DNA of 64,000 nucleotides from an uncultured Bacteroidales bacterium (lineage in GTDB: Bacteria; Bacteroidota; Bacteroidia; Bacteroidales; VadinHA17), in contig OW818650.1 of NCBI GenBank assembly GCA_942492865.1, positions 1,960,564 through 2,024,563 of the forward strand. The letters run 5' to 3'. Each line of letters starts with the position of its first letter. Position 1 is the stretch's first letter. The notes below the pieces were generated by a model. The model was not told the origin of the DNA and did not search any database. It saw only the letters and a program-made list of their open reading frames with translations. This document shows, piece by piece, positions 28,801-38,662 of this stretch. The position numbers and the translations under genes are program-made.

Positions 28801-31514
28801 CAGGAACTACTTATACATGGACTGCACCTGTTTATATTGGCGGAGTGACAGGTGGTTCGGCCCAAACTGTACCCCAGCCGAATATTACAGGGACCCTGAG
28901 TATCCCCTCAGGAGCAGGGACCGCATCCTATACCGTAACACCTTCAAACGGATCATGTCCCGGAGCATCATTTACTGTCATAGTTATCGTCACTTCAACT
29001 TGTGTGAGTGCTACAATTTCCTCCCAGCCGGCAGACAGGAATATGTGTATGATCTCAGGAACATCATCATTTACGATTGGCGTAAACGGAACAACTCCTG
29101 TTGTATATCAATGGCAATACAATGACAGCGGCACATGGAGAAATGTTAGTAATGGCACTCCTTCCGGAGCTTCCTACACCGGATCAACGGGCGCCACTCT
29201 TGGTGTTTCAGGTATTACCCAGGCCGGAAGTCGGCAGTACCGCTGCCTGGTTTCCAATTGCGGCATCGCGACAAGTATTGCTTCAAATCCGGCAACGCTG
29301 ACAGTGGATCCGTTACCATCCGCACCTACCATAGGATCGGTTTTGCATCCTACATGTATAAATCCTACAGGTACGATCAATATCTCGGCTCCGACCGGAA
29401 CAGGATTTACTTATAGCATCAATGGGACCAACTATACAAATACAACCGGAGTATTTTCCAATGTCAGTGCAGGGAATTACACTGTCACTGCAAGAAGCGC
29501 ATCCGGATGTATTTCTCCCACAACCGCAGTGACAGTGAATGCTCAGCCGGCAACACCTCCGGCCCCAACAGTTACCCTCGTACAACCAACCTGTAATACT
29601 CCGACAGGTTCAGTAACCGTTACAGCTCCTACTGGTATCGGAATGACCTACAGTATCAACAATACTACTTATACAAACACTACCGGGGTATTCACCGCAG
29701 TAACAAGCGGTACATATACTGTTACCGCAAGAAACACTGCAGGATGTACATCAGCAGGAACAATCGTTAATATCCAGGCACAACCTTTAATACCGACAGT
29801 GACAGTAACCAATCCTGCAGCGGTCTGTTCTCCATCAACAGTCAATATAACTGCTCCTGCTGTTACGACCGGTTCAACCTCGAATCTGACTTACACCTAC
29901 TGGACTAATGCTGCGGCTACAGCAACGTATTCCACTCCAACGACAGCAAGTTCAGGCACTTATTATATTAAGGGAACTACAAGCGCAGGATGTTACGATG
30001 TTGCACCGGTGATTGTAACAGTCCTGCAAACGCCGACAGCCAATGCAGGGACCGGAGGGAATGAATGTGATCTCAACTTTCAGCTTAACGCAATATCAAG
30101 TGCAGGTACAGGCACCTGGACAATGACATCAGGTCCCGGCGCAGCATCGTTCAGTCCGAATGAAAACACACCAAATGCAATAGTTACTGTTTCGGTTTAC
30201 GGCACTTATACTTTCAGATGGACCGAAGTGAATGGTATCTGTTCAGGAAGTAACAGCATTACTGTTAACTTTTACCAGCAACCTGTTGCAAATGCAGGAA
30301 CAGGAGGCAATAATTGCGGACTTCAGTTCAATCTCAACGGGTCGATGAACGTGGGTACAGGAGTATGGACCAGAGTAAGCGGTACAGGCACTGTTTTATT
30401 CTCACCATCGGATACTTCTCCAAACGCTATAGTAACAGTACCTGGTTTTGGTGCATACAGGTTCAGGTGGACTGTTACCAATGGAACATGTTCAAACAGT
30501 TCGGATGTTAATGTTACTTTTGTCCAGCAGCCTGCAGCAAATGCAGGCTCAGGAGGTGAAGAATGCGACCTTGATCATATATTAAATGCTACACCAGGAA
30601 TTACAGGGGGGAAATGGAGTAAGATCAGCGGTCCGGGCGATGCAATTTTCAGCAATATTTCAAGCTATAATGCGACTGTAAGCGTTAGCAAAACAGGTAC
30701 TTATGAATTTGCCTGGACAATTGAAAACAGTTCGTGCAGCTCAATTGATTTCATAACAGTAGTATTCCATGAACTCCCTCAAATTTCAGCGGGCCCGGAT
30801 ACTGTAATTTGCGAAGATGGATCAGCCCAGCTTCACGCATCCGGCAATGGCAGCTTCATTTGGGAGCCTTCAGCCTCGCTCAGCAATCCTGCTCTGGTCA
30901 ATCCCGTTGCAACTCCTGTGACCACAACAGTATATTCCGTTACCCTTACCGATCAGAACGGATGTAAGAACAAAGACGATGTTAAAGTTGAGGTTTTGAC
31001 AAAGCCTGTTGCTGATGCAGGCTCTGACATAATACTGGAGTACCTTTTCAAAACATCCCTGGATGCAACAGCTTCTGATAACGGTTCCGGTACATGGTCA
31101 TTGATAACGGGCTCGGGGATTTTTAAAGATGCAACTGAAGAAAATACAGAAATAACAGGACTTTCACCCGGAATTAATGAATTCCGGTGGACTGTCACAA
31201 ACGGAGTATGCCCTGTTGTAAGCGATGACGTAACGGTAACTGTAAAGAACCTGGAAATTCCGACATTAATAACCCCTGATCACGGGGATGATTACAATGA
31301 ATATTTTATAATCAGGGGAATTGAAACTCTAGGAAAAACCTCTTTAATAATTTTTGACAGGAGAGGTGTTAAGGTTTATGAGAACAACAACTACAACAAT
31401 GATTGGAATGGGGTGGATTATAATAATAAGGACCTTCCGGAGGATACCTATTTTTATAATATCAAATCAGAGAATGTAAAACCGGTCAGTGGCTTTATTG
31501 TAATAAAAAGATGA
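25812..31514 (+). CDS. Giant T9SS-secreted cell-surface repeat protein (type-B / CHU_C C-terminal sorting domain)
   Basis: Signal peptide, then 11 x 78-aa Cys-bracketed repeats, an Ig-like segment (VYQWQYNDSGTWRNV), two CxxPTG repeats (HPTCINPTGTINISAPTG) and five ANAG.GG.EC modules. The C-terminus IPTLITPDHGDDYNEYFIIRGIE...DRRGVKVYE...WNGVD...LPEDTYFY matches the gliding-motility-associated C-terminal domain. Confidence 0.9.
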   Translation: MKRSLFQKYILLCLLNVFSLLLSAQIPTPFTVTGSGSYCVGSGGLAVGLDNSQADVLYTLYRDGTAQPDPVPGSGSSISFGNQLFGTYTVIGVNGDGTSGMNGSAVIIENPIPPAPSGSAIQTFCSGALPTVTNLTVTGTGIRWYDALTGGNLLTSSAALVNGSHYFASQTVDGCESNLRLDVTAVVNTTPPAPTGVSSQTFCSGALPTVTNLAVTGTGIRWYDALTGGNLLASSTALVNGSHYFASQTVDGCESNLRLDITAIVNTTPSAPAGSAIQTFCSGALPTVTNLAATGTGIRWYDALTGGNLLASSTALVNGSHYFASQTVDGCESNLRLDITAIVNTTPSAPAGSAIQTFCSGALPTVTNLAATGTGIRWYDALTGGNLLASSTALVNGTHYFASQTVDGCESNLRLDVTAIVNTTPSAPAGSATQTFCSGALPTVTNLTVTGTGIRWYDALTGGNLLTSSAALVNGSHYFASQTVDGCESNLRLDVTAVVNTTPPAPTGISTQTFCSGALPTVTNLAATGTGIRWYDALTGGNLLASSTALVNGSHYFASQTVDGCESNLRLDVTAIVNTTPSAPAGSAIQTFCSGALPTVTNIAATGTGIRWYDALTGGNLLTSSTALVNGSHYFASQTVDGCESNLRLDITAIVNTTPSAPAGSATQTFCSGALPTVTNLTVTGTGIRWYDALTGGNLLTSSAALVNGSHYFASQTVDGCESNLRLDVTAVVNTTPPAPTGISTQTFCSGALPTVTNLAATGTSIRWYDALTGGNLLASSTALVNGSHYFASQTVDGCESNLRLDVTAVVNTTPPAPTGVSSQTFCSGALPTVTNLTVTGTGIRWYDALTGGNLLTSSAALVNGSHYFAGQTVDGCESNLRLDVTAVVNTTPPAPTGISTQTFCSGALPTVTNLAATGTSIRWYDALTGGNLLASSTALVNGSHYFASQTVNGCESSSRLNITAVVNITPVIPNQTTAILTGTTFTITPEGAGVPAGTTYTWTAPVYIGGVTGGSAQTVPQPNITGTLSIPSGAGTASYTVTPSNGSCPGASFTVIVIVTSTCVSATISSQPADRNMCMISGTSSFTIGVNGTTPVVYQWQYNDSGTWRNVSNGTPSGASYTGSTGATLGVSGITQAGSRQYRCLVSNCGIATSIASNPATLTVDPLPSAPTIGSVLHPTCINPTGTINISAPTGTGFTYSINGTNYTNTTGVFSNVSAGNYTVTARSASGCISPTTAVTVNAQPATPPAPTVTLVQPTCNTPTGSVTVTAPTGIGMTYSINNTTYTNTTGVFTAVTSGTYTVTARNTAGCTSAGTIVNIQAQPLIPTVTVTNPAAVCSPSTVNITAPAVTTGSTSNLTYTYWTNAAATATYSTPTTASSGTYYIKGTTSAGCYDVAPVIVTVLQTPTANAGTGGNECDLNFQLNAISSAGTGTWTMTSGPGAASFSPNENTPNAIVTVSVYGTYTFRWTEVNGICSGSNSITVNFYQQPVANAGTGGNNCGLQFNLNGSMNVGTGVWTRVSGTGTVLFSPSDTSPNAIVTVPGFGAYRFRWTVTNGTCSNSSDVNVTFVQQPAANAGSGGEECDLDHILNATPGITGGKWSKISGPGDAIFSNISSYNATVSVSKTGTYEFAWTIENSSCSSIDFITVVFHELPQISAGPDTVICEDGSAQLHASGNGSFIWEPSASLSNPALVNPVATPVTTTVYSVTLTDQNGCKNKDDVKVEVLTKPVADAGSDIILEYLFKTSLDATASDNGSGTWSLITGSGIFKDATEENTEITGLSPGINEFRWTVTNGVCPVVSDDVTVTVKNLEIPTLITPDHGDDYNEYFIIRGIETLGKTSLIIFDRRGVKVYENNNYNNDWNGVDYNNKDLPEDTYFYNIKSENVKPVSGFIVIKR
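26148..28721 (+). repeat. Eleven tandem 234-bp (78-codon) repeats inside the adhesin gene
   Basis: The period is exactly 234 bp: antisense ORF ends fall at 26296, 26530 ... 28636, spaced by 234. Repeats 3 and 4 are essentially identical. The pair 5-6 recurs as 8-9, and repeat 6 recurs again as repeat 11. Confidence 0.95.
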
Positions 31515-32443
31515 GACTGAACTTAGATATTCTGTTTCTTAAGGTTTTACCCTTGCTGCTGATCCCTTTCAGCCTTTCAGGACAATTAACCCCTGTTTCA
31601 AATCAATATATTCTTAATCCCATTGTGATCAATCCTGCCCACGCAGGCAGCAACGGAGTATTGAACATTGCAGCATTTTACCGGAAACAATGGATTGGAG
31701 TTGCAGGATCTCCTGAAACAATGACACTGGCTATTGACGGACCATTACTTGATTCAAAGCTTGGCCTGGGTTTGCTGATTTCGTCGGATAAAACCGGGGT
31801 TACTAAAGAATCACGCTTAAATACGATTTATGCATACAGAATTAAACGAGGGGAAGGAATGCTTTCCTTTGGACTTGGAGCAGGTTTAATAGCTACCAAT
31901 ACAGCCTGGTCTGACCTGGTTATCGTAGATAAGGAAGACAGTCATTATCTTTCTGATTCACGTGTTTTCATAGTGCCTGACTTCAATTTTGGAGTTAATT
32001 ACAGATATCATAATTATTTTGCCGCATTTTCTATACCTAAGTTATTAGGGTATAGTTTTGATTTTAATAAAAATAAATATGCCATTCAGGTAAATCCTGA
32101 ACAGTACAATATCTTATTCAATACGGGTTATCGTTTCCCGCTTTCTTCAAATACCAGGTTCCTTCCTTCCGTACTTGTTTCATTTTCTCCGGGAAATAAG
32201 ATTGTGTATGATATCAATGCTCATTTCAATTTTTCTGACAGGTTCTGGACCGGGTTTTCTTACCGGAACAACCGATCTATAGCCGGTTTGATGCAATTTT
32301 CCGTAAATAATAAGTTAAAGTTGGCATACATTTACGATTTTGATTTCGAGGATCTGTCCAGGTATAGCAATGGATCGCATGAGATAATGTTCAGGTATGA
32401 ATTCAGGTATAAATTGGATGCGGTGAATCCATTGAATTTTTAG
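31511..32443 (+). CDS. PorP/SprF-family type IX secretion system membrane protein
   Basis: Signature NQYILNPIVINPAHAGSNGVLNIAAFYRKQWIG and a beta-barrel-like remainder. The start overlaps the adhesin stop (ATGA). Confidence 0.9.
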   Translation: MRLNLDILFLKVLPLLLIPFSLSGQLTPVSNQYILNPIVINPAHAGSNGVLNIAAFYRKQWIGVAGSPETMTLAIDGPLLDSKLGLGLLISSDKTGVTKESRLNTIYAYRIKRGEGMLSFGLGAGLIATNTAWSDLVIVDKEDSHYLSDSRVFIVPDFNFGVNYRYHNYFAAFSIPKLLGYSFDFNKNKYAIQVNPEQYNILFNTGYRFPLSSNTRFLPSVLVSFSPGNKIVYDINAHFNFSDRFWTGFSYRNNRSIAGLMQFSVNNKLKLAYIYDFDFEDLSRYSNGSHEIMFRYEFRYKLDAVNPLNF

Positions 32444-32460
32444 ATATCAGGAACGCCGTT

Positions 32461-34605
32461 ATGAACTGTAGAAAATATTTTTACCTGTTTATATCATTGA
32501 TACTGCCAGGGCTGTCTTTCTCACAGTCTGATGCCTATACAATTAAAAAGGTTTCTTTCAGCTCAGATCGTTATGACGAATTCTCACCTGTATTTTATAA
32601 CAACGGCATAGTATTTTGCACTAACAGTCCTCAGAGTATATATAATTATACAGATGGTTCGGGTAATGGTCTGTTTAAAATGAAGTATATTGATACTACC
32701 AGAACTTATAAGCGTCAGGAGGTAGTTTTATTTTCCAGGGATCTGACATCCATCCTTAACGACGGACCGGCCACATTCAGCAGTAGTGGAGATACTATCT
32801 ACTACTCCAGAAATCTTAATGTGGATCGCAGAACCAGCCAGCTAATGGGATTAAGGAACAAGCTTGGCATTTTCAGCGCTGTTCGTGCAGGTGAAAATTG
32901 GGTTAATATACGTGAATTCAGATTTAACAGTGAATGGTATAATGTCACTACCCCCTGTCTTGCCCATGACGGGCAAAGATTATATTTTTCATCAGACAAA
33001 CCTGGCGGATACGGTGGTTTCGATATTTATTACAGCCAATGGAAAAAAGGAAACTGGGATGATCCGGTAAATCTGGGGCCAAATGTAAATACAAAAGGCA
33101 ACGAGTCCTATCCCTTTATAAATACAGCCGGAGAACTATTCTTTTCATCAGATGGCCATAAAGGGCTTGGAGGTAAAGATATTTTTGTAACAAAACAGTA
33201 TTTATCCGGATGGTATCCGCCTGTGAGGCTCGATGCCCCCGTTAATTCCGAGTATGATGATTTTGGCCTTGTAACCGATCTCCTGGCAAACCAGGGCTAT
33301 TTTTCTTCCGGAATGGGAAAAACCATTGATATTTACCAGTTTAAATCAAACAGATTCCAGTTCTGGTTCAGCGGGCTTCAGAAAGCTAACATGTATTGTT
33401 TTTCGGTATCAGACACCGGGTCAATCAGGGTTGACACAAACAGGCTCGAGTATGTATGGGATCTCGGGGATGGATCAAAAACGGTCGGAAACAAAGCGAA
33501 GCATTGTTTTAATGGACCGGGACATTATAATATAAGCCTTGATATTGTTGATAAGACAACAGGGTTACTGTTTTTCCGTAAGCTCACATATGATCTTGAG
33601 GTAGTAGATATAGACCAGCCGTTTATCAATTCTGTGGATATTGCAGTCAAAGGTGAGTCGATTGCATTTGATGGTCTGAAGTCAAAATGCCCTGGTTATA
33701 CCATAACAGGTTTTTATTGGGATTTCGGAGAAGGGTCGTACGGGACCGGGGAAAATGTAAATCACAAATTTGCAAATGCGGGGGAATATGAGGTCAGCAT
33801 GGGTCTTGTTCTTAAATCTGATGCAAATGGTCATTTTGAAAAAAGAGTCGTTTCCAGGAAAATAAGAGTTTTAAATGATATTCAGGAAAAAGCTTCATAC
33901 ACAACGGAGATTTCAGAAAACCAGAACCCTGCTGATATCTATGATAATAAAAATATCAAGATCAAAGGATATTATTCTGCAGGGGCAGAACTCCTTAAAG
34001 AATCAGTATTCCAGGTGGTAATCTTTTCTTCGCAGGCCAGGATATCTTCCACCAGTTCATTTACCGGGAAAATACCGGAGAATTATAAAGTGAAGGAGAT
34101 CTTTGATCTTGATCAGGGGCTGTATAGTTATGTTGTTGATCAGCAAATGAACCTCATGTTTGCTTATCCTGCTTACAATGACATGATTGCAGCGGGCTTT
34201 AATGATACCAGAATAAGGCTTTATACACTCAGGGATCCTGCAGAAAAGGAATTATATAATCTGATTAATAAATACGGTAACCTGTGCGATTCTTATTTTG
34301 ATTCAGGAAATAAGCTTTTAACAAATGGAATCTTAATGCTTAATCAGATAGCGATTTTAATGGTTAAATATCCCGGAATAACCATAGAAATCGGAGTCCA
34401 CTCAGATATGCAGGGAGATCCGGCAAGAAACAAATGGATCTCCAGATCAAGGGCCCAGATGATGGTAAATTACCTGGTAGGAACAGGTATGGACGTTAAA
34501 CGCCTTAAAGTAACAGGTTATGGCGGAACCAGGCCGGTCGTTGTGAATACTAAGGAAGATGACATGAACTTCAACGAAAGAGTTGATTTTTCAATATCGA
34601 ATTAA
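32461..34605 (+). CDS. OmpA-family protein with TolB-like/WD40-like repeats and a PKD-like domain
   Basis: Repeated ..S.DG..LYFSSD.PGG.GG.DIY motifs, PKD-like WDLGDGS and WDFGEGS, and a C-terminal OmpA_C pattern (IEIGVHSD..GDPARNKWISRSRAQMMVNYLV..G). Confidence 0.8.
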   Translation: MNCRKYFYLFISLILPGLSFSQSDAYTIKKVSFSSDRYDEFSPVFYNNGIVFCTNSPQSIYNYTDGSGNGLFKMKYIDTTRTYKRQEVVLFSRDLTSILNDGPATFSSSGDTIYYSRNLNVDRRTSQLMGLRNKLGIFSAVRAGENWVNIREFRFNSEWYNVTTPCLAHDGQRLYFSSDKPGGYGGFDIYYSQWKKGNWDDPVNLGPNVNTKGNESYPFINTAGELFFSSDGHKGLGGKDIFVTKQYLSGWYPPVRLDAPVNSEYDDFGLVTDLLANQGYFSSGMGKTIDIYQFKSNRFQFWFSGLQKANMYCFSVSDTGSIRVDTNRLEYVWDLGDGSKTVGNKAKHCFNGPGHYNISLDIVDKTTGLLFFRKLTYDLEVVDIDQPFINSVDIAVKGESIAFDGLKSKCPGYTITGFYWDFGEGSYGTGENVNHKFANAGEYEVSMGLVLKSDANGHFEKRVVSRKIRVLNDIQEKASYTTEISENQNPADIYDNKNIKIKGYYSAGAELLKESVFQVVIFSSQARISSTSSFTGKIPENYKVKEIFDLDQGLYSYVVDQQMNLMFAYPAYNDMIAAGFNDTRIRLYTLRDPAEKELYNLINKYGNLCDSYFDSGNKLLTNGILMLNQIAILMVKYPGITIEIGVHSDMQGDPARNKWISRSRAQMMVNYLVGTGMDVKRLKVTGYGGTRPVVVNTKEDDMNFNERVDFSISN

Positions 34606-34832
34606 AATGGCAATTTGTCAGGTTTCTGATTGCATTCATCAAAAAAGCTCATGCCAACTCCATTCTTTAATTATATTTAACCCTGTAAAGTTTAATCGAT
34701 CCTGTTGAATCCAGTCTTCTCAATTACAAATAACACATAGTCATTAGTGCCTGAAAACGGCTGTAATCAGATTATTATTATTATGTTAGAGGAAGATTCC
34801 AATGGGACTGACCATGCGAAAGCATTATAAAT

Positions 34833-34980
34833 GGCTCAGGGCACAGAGCACAGTGCAAAAGGATTCTTCACTAACCACTCACCACTCACGTCTCACTTCT
34901 TAATTCTTCCTCCCTGCACCCTGAGCTCTGAGCTTAACTCTGAAACCCTGAACCACTGAAACCACTGAAACACTGAAACA
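34833..34980 (+). repeat. Heptamer-tract composite element upstream of wza
   Basis: ATGGCTCAGG GCACAGA GCACAGT at the left. Then CACTAAC CACTCAC CACTCAC GTCTCAC, then CCCTGAGCTCTGAGC, then CTGAAAC-type units. It ends 17 nt before the wza ATG. Confidence 0.8.
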
Positions 34981-34996
34981 TTTAAAATAGAATCCA

Positions 34997-35815
34997 ATGA
35001 AATCATATCGAATTAATATATTCCTCCTGTTAGCAATATTTCTATCGGTAAGTTCCTGCGTAAGCAAAAAAAAACTTACATATCTTCAGTATAGCCAGAT
35101 GGAAGCTCCTGATTTACCTCTGAAGGATTTAAGGATATCAATCACTCCTTCTGCATATAAGCTGATGCCTTACGATGTGCTTTTTATAAGGGTAATAACT
35201 CCCGATCCACAATGGTCAGAAATTTTTAATGTTATGGCAACCGGACAGGGAGGCGCAATGACGACTGAAAGCGCATCTTTACTGGGCTATCCAGTGAATG
35301 ATGATGGTAATATTGAAATTCCTTATGTGGGCAAGGTAGAGGTAGGTGGGAAAACGCTGGCTGAAGTGAAGGTCCATTTGGATACGATTTTTAAGGGTTA
35401 TCTTAATAATGCCTCCATTACAGTTCGTCTGGTCAATAATTACATAAGTGTTATAGGGGAAGTTACAACACCCGGGAGGTATCCCATGACAAAAGACCGC
35501 CTTAATGTGTTTGAAGCAATTTCCCTCGCGGGTGACCTTAGTTTATTCAGCAACCGGCAGAAAGTGCAGTTAATAAGACAGACTCCCTATGGACCTGTTG
35601 TGAAGCAATTCTCCCTGAGCGACAGGAGTATCCTGACATCTGAATATTACTATGTTATGCCAAATGATATTATCTATGCTGAACCTATGAGGCGAAGGTC
35701 ATTCGATATGAATTCATCTTTTACACAGATCTTACTTGGCTCCTTCACAACCATTCTTACGGCTATTACGACAATATTCGTTATATTGAATTATAATAGT
35801 GACAATGCGCAGTAG
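34997..35815 (+). CDS. wza: Polysaccharide export outer-membrane protein (Wza family)
   Basis: Lipoprotein signal (LSVSSCVS), Poly_export motif YKLMPYDVLFIRV, and SLBB-like PGRYPMTKDRLNVFEAISLAGD. Confidence 0.85.
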   Translation: MKSYRINIFLLLAIFLSVSSCVSKKKLTYLQYSQMEAPDLPLKDLRISITPSAYKLMPYDVLFIRVITPDPQWSEIFNVMATGQGGAMTTESASLLGYPVNDDGNIEIPYVGKVEVGGKTLAEVKVHLDTIFKGYLNNASITVRLVNNYISVIGEVTTPGRYPMTKDRLNVFEAISLAGDLSLFSNRQKVQLIRQTPYGPVVKQFSLSDRSILTSEYYYVMPNDIIYAEPMRRRSFDMNSSFTQILLGSFTTILTAITTIFVILNYNSDNAQ

Positions 35816-35850
35816 TTTGCTTCGAAACCCATATTCTTTTTTACAGACAA

Positions 35851-38187
35851 ATGAAAAATTCTGAAAATCAACAAAAGGAGCAACATGCAAAACAGATAGG
35901 GATAGATCCGCATGTGGTTATGTCGCTTATTCTGAAAAACTGGTATTATCTTGTTATTGGTGTTATTGTGGCTTTGCTCGGCGCCAGATTTTATATAGGT
36001 CATACGTTACCTTCCTATCTGTCAACTACAACTATCCTGATAAATGAAACGGAGGAAAGAACTCTTGCAGGAAATGAAGAACTTCTGCAGGGATTAGGCC
36101 TGCCTGGCGGGATGAGGAACATTGATAATCAGATTATGATCCTCACTTCAAGAGCATTGACGGAAAAAGCGCTGAAAGAACTACCATTCGAAATTGAGTT
36201 TTACCATAAGACGTTCCGTAATGAACTTCCTATTTACCCTGAATTACCGGTGAAGATTCTGTTTCATACTGAAAATCCGCTTCCCAGGGATGTTGAATTT
36301 TCAATCTTATATTCAGGCAATAATAAATTTATTTTACAATCTGAATCGGAATATTTTGAACTAACTAAAACTTCCTCTTTTGGGGAAACTATAGAGGCTC
36401 CTGGTGGAAGTTTTACAATAGAATGTCGCGACGAACCATGGATGAATGCCAACAGGGAGGAAAAACTTTATTTTGTTATTTACAGCCCGTCCAGATTAGC
36501 ATCTTACTATAACAGCAGGCTCAATGTGGAACATTTATCACGGACAGGTTCAATTTTGAGTGTCAGTTTGCAGGGAACGAACAGGAATAAAGATGTTGAT
36601 TTTCTCAATAAGCTTGCAGAGGTCTTTCAGGCATCATCACTTGATAAGAAAAATATAGAAGCAATCAGAAGGATCCAGTTTATTGATGAGCAGCTTATCG
36701 GGATTTCAGATTCACTCTCAATTACGGAGAGCAAGTTACAGCAGTTTCGTTCATCAAATAAGGTGATGGACCTCTCGGCACAGGGACAGGCCATTATACA
36801 ACAGGTAACCATACTTGAGAATGAAAAGGCACGATTAAGTCTTGAATCGAATTATTATGATTACCTGGCCGATTACCTCGCTAAAGATGTAACCGGGGAA
36901 CTGCCAATTATTCCGATAACCATGGGCATCACTGATCCCGGACTGACCAGGCTGGTTACAGAACTTGCTGATTTACAAAGCCAGCTCTCTGCAAGGGGAT
37001 CAATAGAGATGAATCCGGTTCAGAATCTGATTGTTCAAAAGGTGAATAGTACCAAGAGCGCTCTCCTTGAAACGCTCAATGGATTAAGAAGGGCAAACAA
37101 CCTTGCCAGGAATGAAAACCAGAATCAGATCAACAGGATAAATGCCCAGGCATCCAGACTACCTGTAACAGAAAGACAACTTTTGGGCATTGAACGGAAA
37201 TTCAGGTTAAATGATGAGATGTACACCTTTCTTCTTGAGACCAGGGCTGAACAGCAAATGCAAAAAGCATCAAATATGGCTGACTGTGAGATAATTGATC
37301 CTGCAAATATTGAGTATAGTTACATTGTCTCACCAAATCGTAACCTGGTAAATTTTGCAGCAATATTTCTTGGCTCAGGAATTCCTTTTGTAATTATCTT
37401 TCTTGCATTCGTTTTTAATAAAAAGCTTAAAAGAGACGATATCGCAAATATTACAGATACGCCTGTAATTGGAAATATTCCGCACAATGCCGGAAAAATA
37501 AATGCAGTTATCTTTGAAAACCCGGGTTCATCTATTGCTGAAGCCTACAGGTTGTTGAGGACCAGAATGCAGTTTTTTACCAAAGAGGCTGTATCCCCGG
37601 TGATTCTTGTTACCTCATCAATGCCAGGGGAAGGTAAAACATTTACTGCAATCAACCTGGCCTCTGTGTACAGCATAATGGATAAAAAGACGGTGCTTGT
37701 GGGTTTTGACCTGAGAAAACCAAAAATATTCAGGGATTTTAACCTTAATAATGATAAGGGAGTTTCGACATTCCTGATTGGTAAAGATAATCTGCAGGAT
37801 ATTATACAAAAGACTGCTTACCCGAATTTATATGTTATACCTGCGGGACCTGTTCCTCCAAACCCGTCAGAATTGACTGAGCTTGAGAAAACAGAAGAAT
37901 TGCTAAAATTGCTAAAAGAAAAATTTGATTATATTATTATTGACTCATCACCGATAGGACTGGTATCAGACCCATTCCGCATAGCAGCACTTGCTGATAC
38001 ATGCCTTATTGTGGTTAGGCCCGGATTGACACAGCGTGATATGTTCGAAAACACAATGATTGAAATAAGTAGTAACAACACCCCTGGAGTTGGTCTGATA
38101 ATTAACGATATCCAGGCAGGTGATAAGCATTACAATTACAGCGAAAAGTACGGCTACACCAGTGAAAAAAGAAAAACAGAAAAATAA
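35851..38187 (+). CDS. wzc: Polysaccharide co-polymerase / tyrosine autokinase (Wzc/GumC-type)
   Basis: Wzz-like N-terminal TM, periplasmic coiled coil and a second TM. The C-terminal P-loop kinase has SSMPGEGKTFTAINLA and IIIDSSPIG, with a Tyr-containing tail (HYNYSEKYGY). Confidence 0.9.
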   Translation: MKNSENQQKEQHAKQIGIDPHVVMSLILKNWYYLVIGVIVALLGARFYIGHTLPSYLSTTTILINETEERTLAGNEELLQGLGLPGGMRNIDNQIMILTSRALTEKALKELPFEIEFYHKTFRNELPIYPELPVKILFHTENPLPRDVEFSILYSGNNKFILQSESEYFELTKTSSFGETIEAPGGSFTIECRDEPWMNANREEKLYFVIYSPSRLASYYNSRLNVEHLSRTGSILSVSLQGTNRNKDVDFLNKLAEVFQASSLDKKNIEAIRRIQFIDEQLIGISDSLSITESKLQQFRSSNKVMDLSAQGQAIIQQVTILENEKARLSLESNYYDYLADYLAKDVTGELPIIPITMGITDPGLTRLVTELADLQSQLSARGSIEMNPVQNLIVQKVNSTKSALLETLNGLRRANNLARNENQNQINRINAQASRLPVTERQLLGIERKFRLNDEMYTFLLETRAEQQMQKASNMADCEIIDPANIEYSYIVSPNRNLVNFAAIFLGSGIPFVIIFLAFVFNKKLKRDDIANITDTPVIGNIPHNAGKINAVIFENPGSSIAEAYRLLRTRMQFFTKEAVSPVILVTSSMPGEGKTFTAINLASVYSIMDKKTVLVGFDLRKPKIFRDFNLNNDKGVSTFLIGKDNLQDIIQKTAYPNLYVIPAGPVPPNPSELTELEKTEELLKLLKEKFDYIIIDSSPIGLVSDPFRIAALADTCLIVVRPGLTQRDMFENTMIEISSNNTPGVGLIINDIQAGDKHYNYSEKYGYTSEKRKTEK

Positions 38188-38263
38188 TAGTGATTTGAAC
38201 CTATGCATATTTTCTTTCTGATTATTTAAAAATTAACTGTAATTATAATAGTCACAAAATAAA

Positions 38264-38662
38264 ATGACTCCAACACTTATCGATCTTCCCAAATTTTTAG
38301 ATGCCCGCGGAAATCTTTCTTTTATTGAGGAAGATAGTCAGCTGCCATTTAAGATAAAACGTGTTTACTGGATCTATGATGTTCCTGGTGGCGAGGTCAG
38401 GGGAGGTCATGCATTCAGAGATACTGAAGAGGTGATCGTTGCATTGTCGGGAAGCTTTGACATGATCCTGAACGATGGGAACAGGGAATACAGGTTTCAC
38501 CTTAACAGATCTTATTTCGGAATATATATTCCAAAAATGCTGTGGCGAACCCTTGAGAATTTTTCAACAAATTCTCTCGCTCTCATAATTGCATCTACTG
38601 ATTATTCTGGAGATGATTATATCAGGGACTTTGATAAATTCAAACAATTGAGAAATCAATGA
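38264..38662 (+). CDS. FdtA/QdtA-like (WxcM-type cupin) sugar 3,4-ketoisomerase, copy 1
   Basis: LPKFLDARGNLSFIE...FKIKRVYWIYDVPGGEVRGGHAFRDTEE...DDYIRDFDKF is the classic WxcM-like cupin pattern. Confidence 0.8.
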   Translation: MTPTLIDLPKFLDARGNLSFIEEDSQLPFKIKRVYWIYDVPGGEVRGGHAFRDTEEVIVALSGSFDMILNDGNREYRFHLNRSYFGIYIPKMLWRTLENFSTNSLALIIASTDYSGDDYIRDFDKFKQLRNQ

